DNA of 45,930 bases from a virus. Its lineage: Duplodnaviria > Caudoviricetes. The stretch is taken from IMG/VR virus record IMGVR_UViG_3300017766_002452, positions 1 through 45,930 of that record; one strand, 5' to 3'. Position numbers and translations under genes: made by a program. Below the pieces are notes generated by a model, which saw only the letters and a list, made by a program, of their open reading frames with translations, was not told where the DNA came from and made no database searches. Shown one piece after another: positions 1-8,832 of this stretch (position 1 is its first letter; each line of letters begins with the position of its first letter).

Positions 1-123
1 CAGCACCCACGAGGAGGCCCAGAAGGAGGCCGATCAGCGCGAGCGCAACACCCGCGACGCTACGTCCTTCGAGCGTGCGAACGCCGACAGTGAGGCGGCG
101 AGAGCCTGATGGCCCTCGTCACC
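1..123. repeat. 123-bp direct terminal repeat, left copy
   Basis: 1-123 is identical to 45808-45930 and ORFs read through the junction. Most likely circular-assembly overlap (unit genome ~45,807 bp). Confidence 0.95.
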
Positions 124-282
124 CTCACCGTCGGCGCGCCCTCGGGCGTCGGCTATCGCATGGCCCACGAGGACTGGTCCCGCACCCTTGAGGGCTGGGA
201 CTGCACCCACGAGACCGAGGGGCTCGACCCCACCATCTACCCCACAGAGGAGGCCTGCCAGCAGGCGATTGACGCCCTGTGA
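109..282 (+). CDS. small hypothetical protein (57 aa)
   Basis: Hand translation MALVTLTVGAPSG...QQAIDAL; TGATG coupling to the 45692-45916 ORF across the junction. Confidence 0.65.
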   Translation: MALVTLTVGAPSGVGYRMAHEDWSRTLEGWDCTHETEGLDPTIYPTEEACQQAIDAL

Positions 283-431
283 CGCCGACGCGAGACGCCG
301 CCTGCCGCCGCCTGATGCGCCTGTACGATCTTCAGGAGCAGGCCATCATCGAGGCAAAACGAGAAATCCGGGGGCGCTATGCTCCCAAGATCGCAGCCGC
401 GAAGGCTGCTCTTGAGAAGGAAACGACATGA
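279..431 (+). CDS. small hypothetical protein (50 aa)
   Basis: GTGA overlap upstream, ATGA overlap with 428; MTPTRDAACRRLMRLYDLQEQ...EKETT. Confidence 0.55.
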   Translation: MTPTRDAACRRLMRLYDLQEQAIIEAKREIRGRYAPKIAAAKAALEKETT

Positions 432-1207
432 CCGACACCAACATCCACCTGCCCAACTCCGTCGATGCTCCGCTCGTCGATCCCGAGTTCATCGCCAACA
501 AGCACAAGGACGCTTTCGTCGCCGCCAGCGACGTGCTGCGTCAGGCGCAGGACTGGCCCACCGAGGTCGTCAGCGAGGCTGACGTCGCCACCCTGACCGC
601 CGGGGTCCGCTCCATCCGGGGGGCCTTCACCACGCTGGACAACGCCCGTGACGGCGAGCGCCGCCGGTTCACCACCGCCGCGACCGAGGTGCAGGGCCTC
701 TTCAAGCCCCGGCTGGACAAGCTCGTCGCGGCCAAGGACGCCGCGCTGGCAACCTTGACCCGGCACAACAGCAGGGTCGAGGAGGCCGAGCGCATCAAGG
801 CCAAGGAGGCCGCCGACCGTGAGCGCGCCGAGAGCGAGCGCCGGGCCGAGGCCGCCGCCGCGATGGAGGCGAAGGGCATGGGCGACGTGGCCGATGCCGT
901 CATGGAGAAGGCCGTCGACAGCCAGCGCATGGCCGAGCAGCTGGATCGCCAGTCGACCGGCCGCGCCGCCGATCTGGTCCGCACCCGCACCGAGGGCGGC
1001 ACGCTCTCCAGCTCCAGCAAGACCGACTTCGAGATCATCGACGCCGGGGCTCTGCGGGGCACGCTGGGACCGCTCGCCGACTATCTGGGGCAGGACGCCA
1101 TCGACAAGGCGATCCGCGCCTACGTCAAGGCCCAGAAGCTGGCCGCGAAGCCGCTGTTCATCGTCGGCGTCCGGTTCTTCGACGCATCGAAGGCCATCGT
1201 CCGATGA
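428..1207 (+). CDS. coiled-coil early protein (possibly Gam/Gp157-like, recombination-associated)
   Basis: AAGGA SD; 259 aa, Ala/Glu/Arg-rich helical; same operon as the exonuclease and recT. Confidence 0.7.
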   Translation: MTDTNIHLPNSVDAPLVDPEFIANKHKDAFVAASDVLRQAQDWPTEVVSEADVATLTAGVRSIRGAFTTLDNARDGERRRFTTAATEVQGLFKPRLDKLVAAKDAALATLTRHNSRVEEAERIKAKEAADRERAESERRAEAAAAMEAKGMGDVADAVMEKAVDSQRMAEQLDRQSTGRAADLVRTRTEGGTLSSSSKTDFEIIDAGALRGTLGPLADYLGQDAIDKAIRAYVKAQKLAAKPLFIVGVRFFDASKAIVR

Positions 1208-1458
1208 CGGAGCTGACGCCCCAGTGGGCGGGCCAGTTCGACACCTTCGATGGCTGGGTCAATCGCGCGACCCGCGCTCTCGCGGACAGGCCCGACAGCA
1301 ACGGATGGGCGGGCCTGCCCGCCGTCTGCGTCGATACTAAGGGTCGGCGCTGCTCCAACGGAAAGGACTTCATGCGCGCCCGCGACGAAGACGCCTTCCC
1401 GGTTCGCTACTTCTGGCACATGAACCCTGACGAAAGCCCTGACCCCTATGACCACTGA
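1204..1458 (+). CDS. hypothetical protein, paralog of 39449-39766
   Basis: ATGA overlap; shares W.NRATR.L, A.C.D..G.R..NG.DF.RA and A.PV...W motifs with the paralog. Confidence 0.8.
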   Translation: MTELTPQWAGQFDTFDGWVNRATRALADRPDSNGWAGLPAVCVDTKGRRCSNGKDFMRARDEDAFPVRYFWHMNPDESPDPYDH

Positions 1459-1819
1459 ACCCCTCCCCGGCCTCCCCCAGCCCGCCCCCGCCGAGCTGAC
1501 CCAGATGGAGATCGTGACCCTGAACCTTCAGGTCTCGCTCGACCAGTTTGCCCAGCAGCTCCTCGTCGACCGCCCCGGCATGAACCCGGCCGACGCCGCC
1601 GGGGCACTGGGCGAAATCTTCGGCAAGCATCTGGCGACCATGATGTCGCCGGGCGCGGTCCGCGTCGGCCTGCTCGTCGCCTTCGAGCAGAGCCACGAGG
1701 AGCCGATGAACTTTATCCGCATCAATCAGGCCAAGGAGGCTCTGACCAAGCTCGCCGAGCGTCGCCGCAACCGGGACAAGATCACCGCTGGCGGCATCAT
1801 CCTGCCGGGGCAGCCGTGA
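1448..1819 (+). CDS. hypothetical protein
   Basis: Tightly packed in operon; GC3-biased codons. Confidence 0.75.
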   Translation: MTTEPLPGLPQPAPAELTQMEIVTLNLQVSLDQFAQQLLVDRPGMNPADAAGALGEIFGKHLATMMSPGAVRVGLLVAFEQSHEEPMNFIRINQAKEALTKLAERRRNRDKITAGGIILPGQP

Positions 1820-2307
1820 TCGAGATCGCTCTCTCGTGTGGCCGCATGGCCCTCATCGACGATGAGGACGCTGCGCTGACCCACTTGACGTGGTCCCTCT
1901 GGAAGGGGCGCGGCGGCCATGAATATGTCGTGCGTCACAACTCCACGCGCGGCGGAATGGCCCGCTCGCAGGTCGCTCTACATCGCGTCGTCATGGGAGT
2001 GACTAACCCTAAAATCCGGGTGGATCACCGCGACGGAAACGGCCTCAACTGTCAGAAGTCGAACCTGCGGATCGCCACCGCCCAGATCAACGGCCGGAAC
2101 CGGGCGGGGCCGAACAGCAACACGACCACCGGCCACCTCGGGGTCAGCCGGTGCGGCGACCGCTTCCGCGCGACGATCCGGGTTGACGGCAGGGTCAAGA
2201 ACCTTGGCCGGACCGACACCGTGGAAGCCGCCATCGCTGCCCGTCTGGCGGCAGAGAAAACCTATTGGGGCATCGAGCCCCGGCGCGAGGAGGCGCACAG
2301 AACATGA
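1816..2307 (+). CDS. HNH endonuclease with C-terminal AP2-like domain
   Basis: LHRVVM...VDHRDGNGLNCQKSNLR HNH_3 motif, then GVS...FRATIRVDGRVKNLG...AIAAR AP2-like tail. Confidence 0.9.
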   Translation: MIEIALSCGRMALIDDEDAALTHLTWSLWKGRGGHEYVVRHNSTRGGMARSQVALHRVVMGVTNPKIRVDHRDGNGLNCQKSNLRIATAQINGRNRAGPNSNTTTGHLGVSRCGDRFRATIRVDGRVKNLGRTDTVEAAIAARLAAEKTYWGIEPRREEAHRT

Positions 2308-2555
2308 AGACCCACTACACCAACAGCGCGGGCGAGCAGATCGAGATCGCCTCGCTCAACGTCCACCACCTGCGGGCGGCCCACGCCAAGGCCGTGCGCG
2401 GCGAGGAGCGCCGCCATGAGGAGGCGCACCAGCGCGGCGGGGATTACGAAAACCCCGAGCGCGAGGCCGAGATCGACGCCATGAAGGCGCGGCTCGATGC
2501 GCTCGACGCCGCGCACGCGCAGGCGGTCGAGGCTGGCGAAGGGTTCCGGCCGTGA
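2304..2555 (+). CDS. hypothetical protein
   Basis: ATGA overlap, GAGG SD; MKTHYTNSAG... Confidence 0.7.
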   Translation: MKTHYTNSAGEQIEIASLNVHHLRAAHAKAVRGEERRHEEAHQRGGDYENPEREAEIDAMKARLDALDAAHAQAVEAGEGFRP

Positions 2556-2743
2556 TCGACATCATCCTTTTCACCACCAGCTACCTGCTGTTCGGCATCG
2601 CCCTGCGCGCCACGATCCGACTGATCGAGCCGTCCGAGAACCTTCTCGGCTGGTGGCTGGCGACGATCTTCATGGTCGTGGCGTGGCCGCTGATCGCCTT
2701 CCTCATCGTCCGGTCGTTCTGGAGGCATCGCCGTGACCGATGA
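2552..2743 (+). CDS. small membrane protein (2 TM)
   Basis: Two hydrophobic segments; GTGA overlap. Confidence 0.7.
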   Translation: MIDIILFTTSYLLFGIALRATIRLIEPSENLLGWWLATIFMVVAWPLIAFLIVRSFWRHRRDR

Positions 2744-3077
2744 GCCGCAGCCCGACCTGTTCGGTGCCTACCCGGACGCGCCGGGCTGGAAGCGGACGGA
2801 CACCTCGAAGGCCGCCGCCAAGGCCGTGAAGCCCAAGGCGGCATGGGTCAGGGCTCGCGTGATCGACGCCCTGACCCGGCTCGGGCCGATGACCACCGAG
2901 CAGATCAGGATCGCCGTGGGCCTGCCATACGAGACGGTCCAGCCCCGCACCAGCGAGGCGCGGGCGCAAGACCTGATCCACGACAGCGGAGCGCGCGGCC
3001 CCAGCCGCGACCCGGACAAGCAATCCATCGTCTGGGCCATCGGGCCTGCGACCAAAACTGACGCACCCCCGGCGTAG
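2733..3077 (+). CDS. winged-HTH DNA-binding protein
   Basis: RVIDALTRLGPMTTEQIRIAVGLPYETVQPRTSE..LIHDSG wHTH pattern. Confidence 0.7.
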   Translation: MTDEPQPDLFGAYPDAPGWKRTDTSKAAAKAVKPKAAWVRARVIDALTRLGPMTTEQIRIAVGLPYETVQPRTSEARAQDLIHDSGARGPSRDPDKQSIVWAIGPATKTDAPPA

Positions 3078-3086
3078 AAGGATCAC

Positions 3087-4223
3087 ATGACCAGTCCACA
3101 TGACCTGCCCGACGGCCTCTACTTCGGCCTCGACGAAGACACCTACCGCGCCGTCCCCGCCCTCGGGTCGACCGACCTCAAGCGCCTGCTCATCAACCCG
3201 GTGGGGTGGTGGGCAAACAGCGAGCCCGGCAAGGCCACCCTGCGCGGCCTCGGCTTGCTGAAGGACGAGGAGGCCGACGAGGAGGAGAGCCTCGGCAAGC
3301 TGTTCGGCCGGGCCTGCCATGTGCAGGTGCTGGAGCCGGAGCGGTTCGACGATGCCTACGTCGAGAAGGAGGATATGCCGGTCGACTACCTCGCCAGCCG
3401 TGCCGAGATCGGCGAGGAGCTGATGAAGATCGGGGCCTACTGCCCGCCCGGCAACGCCCTCCGCGCCGACTACATCATGGCCGCCAAACGGGCAGGCCTG
3501 AAGGTCAGCGACGACTGGAAGGTGGACGAGCTGATCCGGGCCGAGGGCCGCGACATCCTGTCCAAGCGGTGGATGAGCCAGCTGCGGATGATCGACTACC
3601 TGCTCAACGCGCAGCAGCCCGCTCTGGATGGCCGCTCGATCCGCGAGGACACCCTCTCCGGCGGGCACGCCGAGGTCTCGATCATCTGGACCGACGAGGC
3701 GACCGGCGTCCGCTGCAAGGCGCGCCTCGACTACCTGCGCCTCGGCGCGATCATCGACCTGAAGACCTACGGCTGCCCGCCCGACCTGCCGCCGGTCTCC
3801 TTCTTCCTCGGTCAGGTCGCCCGCTACGGCTACGATTTCCAGCGGTCCTGCTACGTCCCGGCGTGGCGCGCGATGGGCCAGCTGATCGCCGACGAGAAGG
3901 TCTTCGGTGACCACGATCCGAAGTGGGTCAAGGCCATCAAGGTCGACCGCGAGCCGCTCTGGCGCTGGGTCGCCGTCCAGACGATGGGGATGCCCGAGGT
4001 CGACTGGGTGGACTGGAACGCCAGCCTTGCCGCTGGAGCCGCCGACGCGCAGCGCCAGCAGGCCTTGGCGGCCTTCGTTCAGTACCGGGACCGCTTCGGC
4101 CTCGACACGCCGTGGGTGGCCCTCCGGGGCCGCATCGTGGTGGACGACGTCACGCTGGACGCGAGCGGGGTTGCCCGCCGCATGATGAGCCGGGGCGAGC
4201 CGACGTGGACGGCAAGCGCATGA
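3087..4223 (+). CDS. PD-(D/E)XK exonuclease (RecE/exonuclease VIII-like)
   Basis: LGSTDLK, FGRACH, EVSIIW, CKARLDYL and IIDLKT motifs; upstream of recT. Confidence 0.85.
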   Translation: MTSPHDLPDGLYFGLDEDTYRAVPALGSTDLKRLLINPVGWWANSEPGKATLRGLGLLKDEEADEEESLGKLFGRACHVQVLEPERFDDAYVEKEDMPVDYLASRAEIGEELMKIGAYCPPGNALRADYIMAAKRAGLKVSDDWKVDELIRAEGRDILSKRWMSQLRMIDYLLNAQQPALDGRSIREDTLSGGHAEVSIIWTDEATGVRCKARLDYLRLGAIIDLKTYGCPPDLPPVSFFLGQVARYGYDFQRSCYVPAWRAMGQLIADEKVFGDHDPKWVKAIKVDREPLWRWVAVQTMGMPEVDWVDWNASLAAGAADAQRQQALAAFVQYRDRFGLDTPWVALRGRIVVDDVTLDASGVARRMMSRGEPTWTASA

Positions 4224-4507
4224 AGCCGTTCAAACAGAAGCCGGTCCACCTGCCCCGCGCCGTCCAGACCGAGGCGCAGAGGCGGGCGACTGCCAACAAC
4301 TTCCTCATCATGCGCCTGCGCGGCCTGTGGTGTCTCGCCTGCATCCTGACCCCCGCCCGGCGCGAGGCCGTTCAGGCCATCATCGACGGGGACCTGCGTG
4401 ATCTCGGGGCCGAGCCGCACCGCGTCCGCGTCATCCGTGAGCGCGCCGAGCTGGGCAGCCAAGGCCCCTTCGACAACGGCTTCCACACCCAACCGATCCC
4501 TTTCTGA
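4220..4507 (+). CDS. hypothetical protein
   Basis: ATGA overlap; MKPFKQKP...QPIPF. Confidence 0.65.
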   Translation: MKPFKQKPVHLPRAVQTEAQRRATANNFLIMRLRGLWCLACILTPARREAVQAIIDGDLRDLGAEPHRVRVIRERAELGSQGPFDNGFHTQPIPF

Positions 4508-4520
4508 AACGGAGACGACC

Positions 4521-5426
4521 ATGACTGACATCGCCCTCGCCGACGCCCCCGGCGTCCGAGACCTGATCCCCACTGACCGCCAGCTCCTGCCCGCCCCGAT
4601 GGCGGCGCTTCAGGAGGTGGCCAATATGCTGGCCGGAGCTGGCGCTCTGGTCCCGAAAGACCTGCGCGGAAAGCCGGACGTCTGCCTCGCCGTCGCCTAC
4701 ATGGCGGCCCTGCATGGCACCGACCCGGTGGCCACGGCCAGCCAGACCTATCTGGTCGGCGACAAGATCGCATTCATGGCCCAGTACATCAACGCCATCG
4801 TCCAGCGACACCTCGCCGAGAAGCCGGTCTACAACTACCAAGGTCAGGGCGCGACGCGGGCCGTGATGATCTCGGCCAAACTCAAGTCCGGGCAGGTCAT
4901 CACCTACACCTCGCCGCAGGTCGGCCAGATCAAAGTGAAGAACAGCCCGCTCTGGGTCACCGACCCGGACCAGCAGCTGGCCTACTATGCCGTCCGCGCC
5001 ATGTCGCGCCGCCATATGCCGGACGTCCTGCTCGGCATCTACGCCGTCGAGGAGCTGCAAAACATCAGCATCCGCGACGTCACCCCCTTGCCGCCCGCCG
5101 ATCTGGACGCGGGCCTGCCGGTCGACGATCTGGAACACGTCGAGGCGACCGAGGAGGGCGAGACCTTCGAGCCGTCGGGCGGCTTCCCCGGCGATGCCAG
5201 CGAGCCGGTGCAGGGGCCTGCCGTCAACCCGGTGCCGGACGACCTGATGGAGTTTGCCGCGATCCTGAAGGCCGACGCCAAGGCCGCCGACACGCCCGAT
5301 GATCTCGTCACCATGTGGCGGATGAACCGGCCCGGCCGCGAGGCCCTGAAGGCTCAGGACCCCACGGTCTACGCCGATCTGGAGCAGGCCTTCATCGACC
5401 GCCAGAAGGAGCTGTCGACGACCTAG
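4521..5426 (+). CDS. recT: RecT-family single-strand annealing recombinase
   Basis: GGAG SD; VPKDLRGKPDVCLAV, KNSPLWVTDPDQQLAYYAVR and PDVLLGIY..EEL motifs. Confidence 0.85.
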   Translation: MTDIALADAPGVRDLIPTDRQLLPAPMAALQEVANMLAGAGALVPKDLRGKPDVCLAVAYMAALHGTDPVATASQTYLVGDKIAFMAQYINAIVQRHLAEKPVYNYQGQGATRAVMISAKLKSGQVITYTSPQVGQIKVKNSPLWVTDPDQQLAYYAVRAMSRRHMPDVLLGIYAVEELQNISIRDVTPLPPADLDAGLPVDDLEHVEATEEGETFEPSGGFPGDASEPVQGPAVNPVPDDLMEFAAILKADAKAADTPDDLVTMWRMNRPGREALKAQDPTVYADLEQAFIDRQKELSTT

Positions 5427-7306
5427 ACGTCGTAGACGACCGCCATTGTGATGGCCCCCGTCACAGCCATTGTGCCGGGGGCTGTCGACGTGACCGACCC
5501 CGTCGTGTCGCGCTCCAGCAGAACCACCGACGCTGCCGCCGCGATACGGCCGTTGATCCGGTACATGGTCCCGGACGTCGCCTCGAAGCGCCCGTGGACG
5601 TCCACCTGATTGTAGGCGAACGACGTCGGATGAGGCAGGCTAAACGACAGCTGGCCGCCAGCCCCAAAGCTCGTCGACGCGCCCGGAAGGAAGCGGATCA
5701 TGGCCCTGATGGTCCGACCCTCGCGGCTGTAGCGCCCGATGATCGAGCCGTCGCCCAGCGTGATCGGGGTGCCGCCAGCGTAGCAGACCGGGGTGTAGTC
5801 GATGTCGTTGGTCGAGTAGACGAGGTTGTCTCCCGTGCCGGAGACGTCTTCCCAGCCGTTGTTGTAGATGTTGGGGCCGAGAGAGAAGACGGTGGTCGGC
5901 TTCAGACTGACCTTGGAGCCGACGTCGCAGCCGACGATGTTGCCGCTGCCGTAGATGTTGAGGTTTGCCGCCGACGCAATACGGCACCCGACGATGGTGA
6001 CGTTGCGGCTGTATTCGCGGACACCCGCGCTATACACCGGCCAGCCCAGATCGTAGAGCGCCGACGCGCTGATGAGCGTGTTGTTGCTGGCCCCGAAGTA
6101 GAAGCTCTCCTTGCCGCCCGTCTTGATGTTGACGAAGTGACGCGGCGTGCCGCCGGGGGCGGTGGCGCTGTCCTCGATCTTGAAGGCCCACTTCAGGGTT
6201 CCGGGCGTGACGCCAGACCCCAGTGCCGAGCCGTACATATAGGCGGTCACGTTCTCGTAGTGGCAGTTGGCCCCGCTGGTCACCGTGAAATAGACGGCGG
6301 TGTCCTGCGTGTCGTAGATGAACAGGTCGGTGACCTGCTGGTTGCCGCCGATGTGTTCGATGCCCTTGCCGGTGTAGGTCGCTCCGACACCATCCATCCG
6401 CAGGCCGTGCAGCTGCGAGCCGTCGTCCAGCGTGATGAAGGTGCCGTTGAACGCCTTGATGAGGAAGGACGAGGATCGGTGCCCGTCGCCGTACAGGCGA
6501 GCGCCGCCGGGCACGACAATCGTGCTGCCGATCTTGTAGCGGGCGTTGGAGCCGGGGACGTAGACAGCACGCCCGGCCAGCCCGCCGACCGAGGCGGTGA
6601 GGGCGGCGTTGAAGGCAGGGGCATCGTCCGTCGTTCCGTCGCCGACAGCGCCGAAGCTCTTGACGCTCAGGGGCTGGTCGAGAAGCCATGCCTGAAGCGT
6701 CCGCAGAACCGCGCCGACACCGTTCGCCTTCCACGCCACCAGCAGTGCGCCGCCGATGCCAGCCAGCGCGCTGGCCGACACCTTGTCGGCGGTGGCGGCC
6801 CGGTCAGCTGCCGTTGCCGCCCGGTCAGCAGTGGTCTGGACCCGGTCAGCAGTGGTCTGGGCGGCGTTGGCAGCCACCGTGGCCACGTCGCCAGCGAAGG
6901 CGGCCAGAGCCTCCTCGGACGTGATGATCCGATCCCTCATGTGGATGTCGCGGAGCGCGCCACGGTCGAGGGCTTCGTTCAGGTTCCGCAAGCTGGAGGT
7001 GTCGTCGTCCCAGACCTGCCCCTGCTCGAAGGACGGGAGCGCCCGGACATACAGGTTGCCAGCCGGAACGCTCGCCGCGCCGACGCCCAGCTCGACCGAT
7101 CCGCCTTCGATGGCCGCGCCGGTCGCGTCCTCGTTGATCTCGACGGAGTAGTCGCCGGGGTCGACCGTGGTCTCGACGCCAGCGCCTGTGATCTGGACCA
7201 CCTCCAGCTCGGCTGCGTCGTGGACCTTGAAGTCGAACGGCAGGGACTGGGCCAGCCCAGTGGGCGTGAACGGCCCGGCGGTCAGGGTGGTGACGGTGAT
7301 GGTCAT
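5423..7306 (-). CDS. tailspike / receptor-binding protein with beta-helix depolymerase domain
   Basis: N-terminal PFDFKV podovirus adaptor-binding domain, Ala-rich repeat linker, SVKSFGAVGDGTTDDAPAFNAAL pectate-lyase-3-like start. Confidence 0.9.
   Translation of the reverse strand: MTITVTTLTAGPFTPTGLAQSLPFDFKVHDAAELEVVQITGAGVETTVDPGDYSVEINEDATGAAIEGGSVELGVGAASVPAGNLYVRALPSFEQGQVWDDDTSSLRNLNEALDRGALRDIHMRDRIITSEEALAAFAGDVATVAANAAQTTADRVQTTADRAATAADRAATADKVSASALAGIGGALLVAWKANGVGAVLRTLQAWLLDQPLSVKSFGAVGDGTTDDAPAFNAALTASVGGLAGRAVYVPGSNARYKIGSTIVVPGGARLYGDGHRSSSFLIKAFNGTFITLDDGSQLHGLRMDGVGATYTGKGIEHIGGNQQVTDLFIYDTQDTAVYFTVTSGANCHYENVTAYMYGSALGSGVTPGTLKWAFKIEDSATAPGGTPRHFVNIKTGGKESFYFGASNNTLISASALYDLGWPVYSAGVREYSRNVTIVGCRIASAANLNIYGSGNIVGCDVGSKVSLKPTTVFSLGPNIYNNGWEDVSGTGDNLVYSTNDIDYTPVCYAGGTPITLGDGSIIGRYSREGRTIRAMIRFLPGASTSFGAGGQLSFSLPHPTSFAYNQVDVHGRFEATSGTMYRINGRIAAAASVVLLERDTTGSVTSTAPGTMAVTGAITMAVVYDV
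6798..6860. repeat. 21-bp tandem repeat in tailspike (QTTADR/ATAADR heptads)
   Basis: cccggtcagc recurs with a 21-nt period; coiled-coil linker. Confidence 0.8.
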
Positions 7307-7324
7307 TCTTCGATCCCAGCGATT

Positions 7325-7345
7325 GCCCACGTCTCCGACGTTGGC
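7325..7345 (-). promoter_or_regulatory. leader hairpin upstream of tailspike gene
   Basis: Minus strand GCC-A-ACGTC-GGA-GACGT-G-GGC; related to the capsid leader hairpin. Confidence 0.5.
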
Positions 7346-7372
7346 TCAGAAGGCCTTACAGCAGAGCGCCGG

Positions 7373-7651
7373 TCAGCGCCAGAACTGCCACCACTGGCGG
7401 TTCTGGCTCTCGGCGATGGCGACCACCGCATCCTTCTTCAGGCTGCACACCCGCAGGTCGGCGTCACCGCGCACGATGGCGTTGCCGAGATCGCCGACGG
7501 TCTGGGCGGTCGAGACGTCGACCGTGGAGACGCACTCGGCACGCAGGCTATCGGGGATGCTGATCCCGGCCGCCGCGCCGCACCCGCTCAAGGTCTGCGC
7601 CAAAGCCATCAGGCAGACGCTCATCAGCGCCGTCGATTTCAGCCACCGCAT
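7373..7651 (-). CDS. o-spanin (Rz1-like lipoprotein)
   Basis: Signal peptide with lipobox LSGC; overlaps the 3' end of the i-spanin in another frame. Confidence 0.85.
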   Translation of the reverse strand: MRWLKSTALMSVCLMALAQTLSGCGAAAGISIPDSLRAECVSTVDVSTAQTVGDLGNAIVRGDADLRVCSLKKDAVVAIAESQNRQWWQFWR

Positions 7652-7853
7652 CGGTCTTCTCCTGTTGATCTTGCCGGATCGCGTCGGTGCCGGTCGACAC
7701 CCGATCCATCTGGTCTCCGACCACGACGGCCTGATCCCGCTCCGCGCCCGCGCGCTTGGCCGCCTGACACCCTGAGCGCCAGCCCAGCAGGGCCAGCAGG
7801 AGCAGGACGATCAGGGCCAGCAGGCACCACTGTTTGACGGTGAGTTTCGGCAT
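7548..7853 (-). CDS. i-spanin (Rz-like)
   Basis: N-terminal TM plus coiled coil; directly after the endolysin. Confidence 0.85.
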   Translation of the reverse strand: MPKLTVKQWCLLALIVLLLLALLGWRSGCQAAKRAGAERDQAVVVGDQMDRVSTGTDAIRQDQQEKTDAVAEIDGADERLPDGFGADLERVRRGGRDQHPR

Positions 7854-7855
7854 GG

Positions 7856-8461
7856 TCAGGCTCCGTACAAGGCGGCTTCAGCCGCGCGGCGGCGGGTCAG
7901 TCCGTTCAGGACGACGCCCTTCGCCTTGTTCCACTTCGCGAACTCGGCCTTCGCCCCGGCGTAGTCGCCGTTCAGATGCTTCCGCAGCAGGGTGCTGTCG
8001 CCGAGGCCCTCGGCCACCGTGTCGTCGTCGATGTCGGGGCCGACGTTGTAGGCGAAGCTGACCAGCGCATCGAACTGGTTCTGGGTCGTCGGGCGACCGG
8101 CGATCAGGGTGTTGACCGCCGTCTCGAAACGGGCGAGGTCGGCCGCGAACCGGGCGTCGGCACGCTCCTGCGTCCAGACGTCGCCGAGCTTGATCGGGCG
8201 GCCCTGCTCGTCGGTGGTCGAGCCCCATCCGATGGTGATCGGCAGGCCCGTCGGGCCGGGATCGCGGTAGGCGTTCAGCACGCAGGTCTCGAAGCCGTGG
8301 ATCAGGTCGCGGCCAGCCTTGCCAGTCCGCATCCCGGTCTGGGCGGCTGTGGCGACGGCAGCGCCGAGCGCGCGGTTCACCGCGTCCACATCAGCCTGCG
8401 TCAGCGGGCCGGGGCCTCGGGACTTGATCGCCCGGATGGCGTCAAACAGAGCCTTGCTCAC
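7856..8461 (-). CDS. endolysin, GH24 phage lysozyme
   Basis: FE...AYRD...TIGWG catalytic residues; TQNQFDALVSFAYNVG; GLTRRRAAE. GTG start coupled to the upstream stop. Confidence 0.93.
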   Translation of the reverse strand: MSKALFDAIRAIKSRGPGPLTQADVDAVNRALGAAVATAAQTGMRTGKAGRDLIHGFETCVLNAYRDPGPTGLPITIGWGSTTDEQGRPIKLGDVWTQERADARFAADLARFETAVNTLIAGRPTTQNQFDALVSFAYNVGPDIDDDTVAEGLGDSTLLRKHLNGDYAGAKAEFAKWNKAKGVVLNGLTRRRAAEAALYGA

Positions 8462-8832
8462 GGCTTGATCTCCTCGACTTGAACCGGATCGCCCGGCTCG
8501 TTGGTTACGACGACCGGCGCGGGCTCGCCGCCGGGCAATGCCCCCACCTGACGCAAGCTCGCCGCATTGTCGGCCAGCGCGCTCGTCTTCTTCTCGCTCC
8601 CCTGCGTCGTGCCGAGGAAGAACTGCCACGCTGGGCCGACCATCTGGCCACTGATGAAGCCAACCAGAGCGGCGACCAGCTCGCGGGCGTTCTCAGGGAT
8701 CGACCGGCCGAGCAGGCGATAGGCCAGCCACCAGAGGAACGCGCCCGAGATCAGCGCCAGAATGAACTGGGGCTGGACGAGGCGGTCCACAAGGATGTGG
8801 ATCATCGGCTGGCGCTGGTGGTGGTCAGTCAT
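8458..8832 (-). CDS. holin candidate (2 TM)
   Basis: Two TM segments plus FFLGTTQGSEKK; adjacent to the endolysin. Confidence 0.65.
   Translation of the reverse strand: MTDHHQRQPMIHILVDRLVQPQFILALISGAFLWWLAYRLLGRSIPENARELVAALVGFISGQMVGPAWQFFLGTTQGSEKKTSALADNAASLRQVGALPGGEPAPVVVTNEPGDPVQVEEIKP

Noticed and set aside
1-123. Terminal repeat as a biological T7-type DTR
   Set aside because: It cuts through coupled ORFs and has a k-mer-like length, so assembler overlap is more likely; reads are needed to decide.
5423-7306. Diversity-generating retroelement, expected from BPP-1-like architecture
   Set aside because: No reverse transcriptase and no template/variable repeat pair seen.
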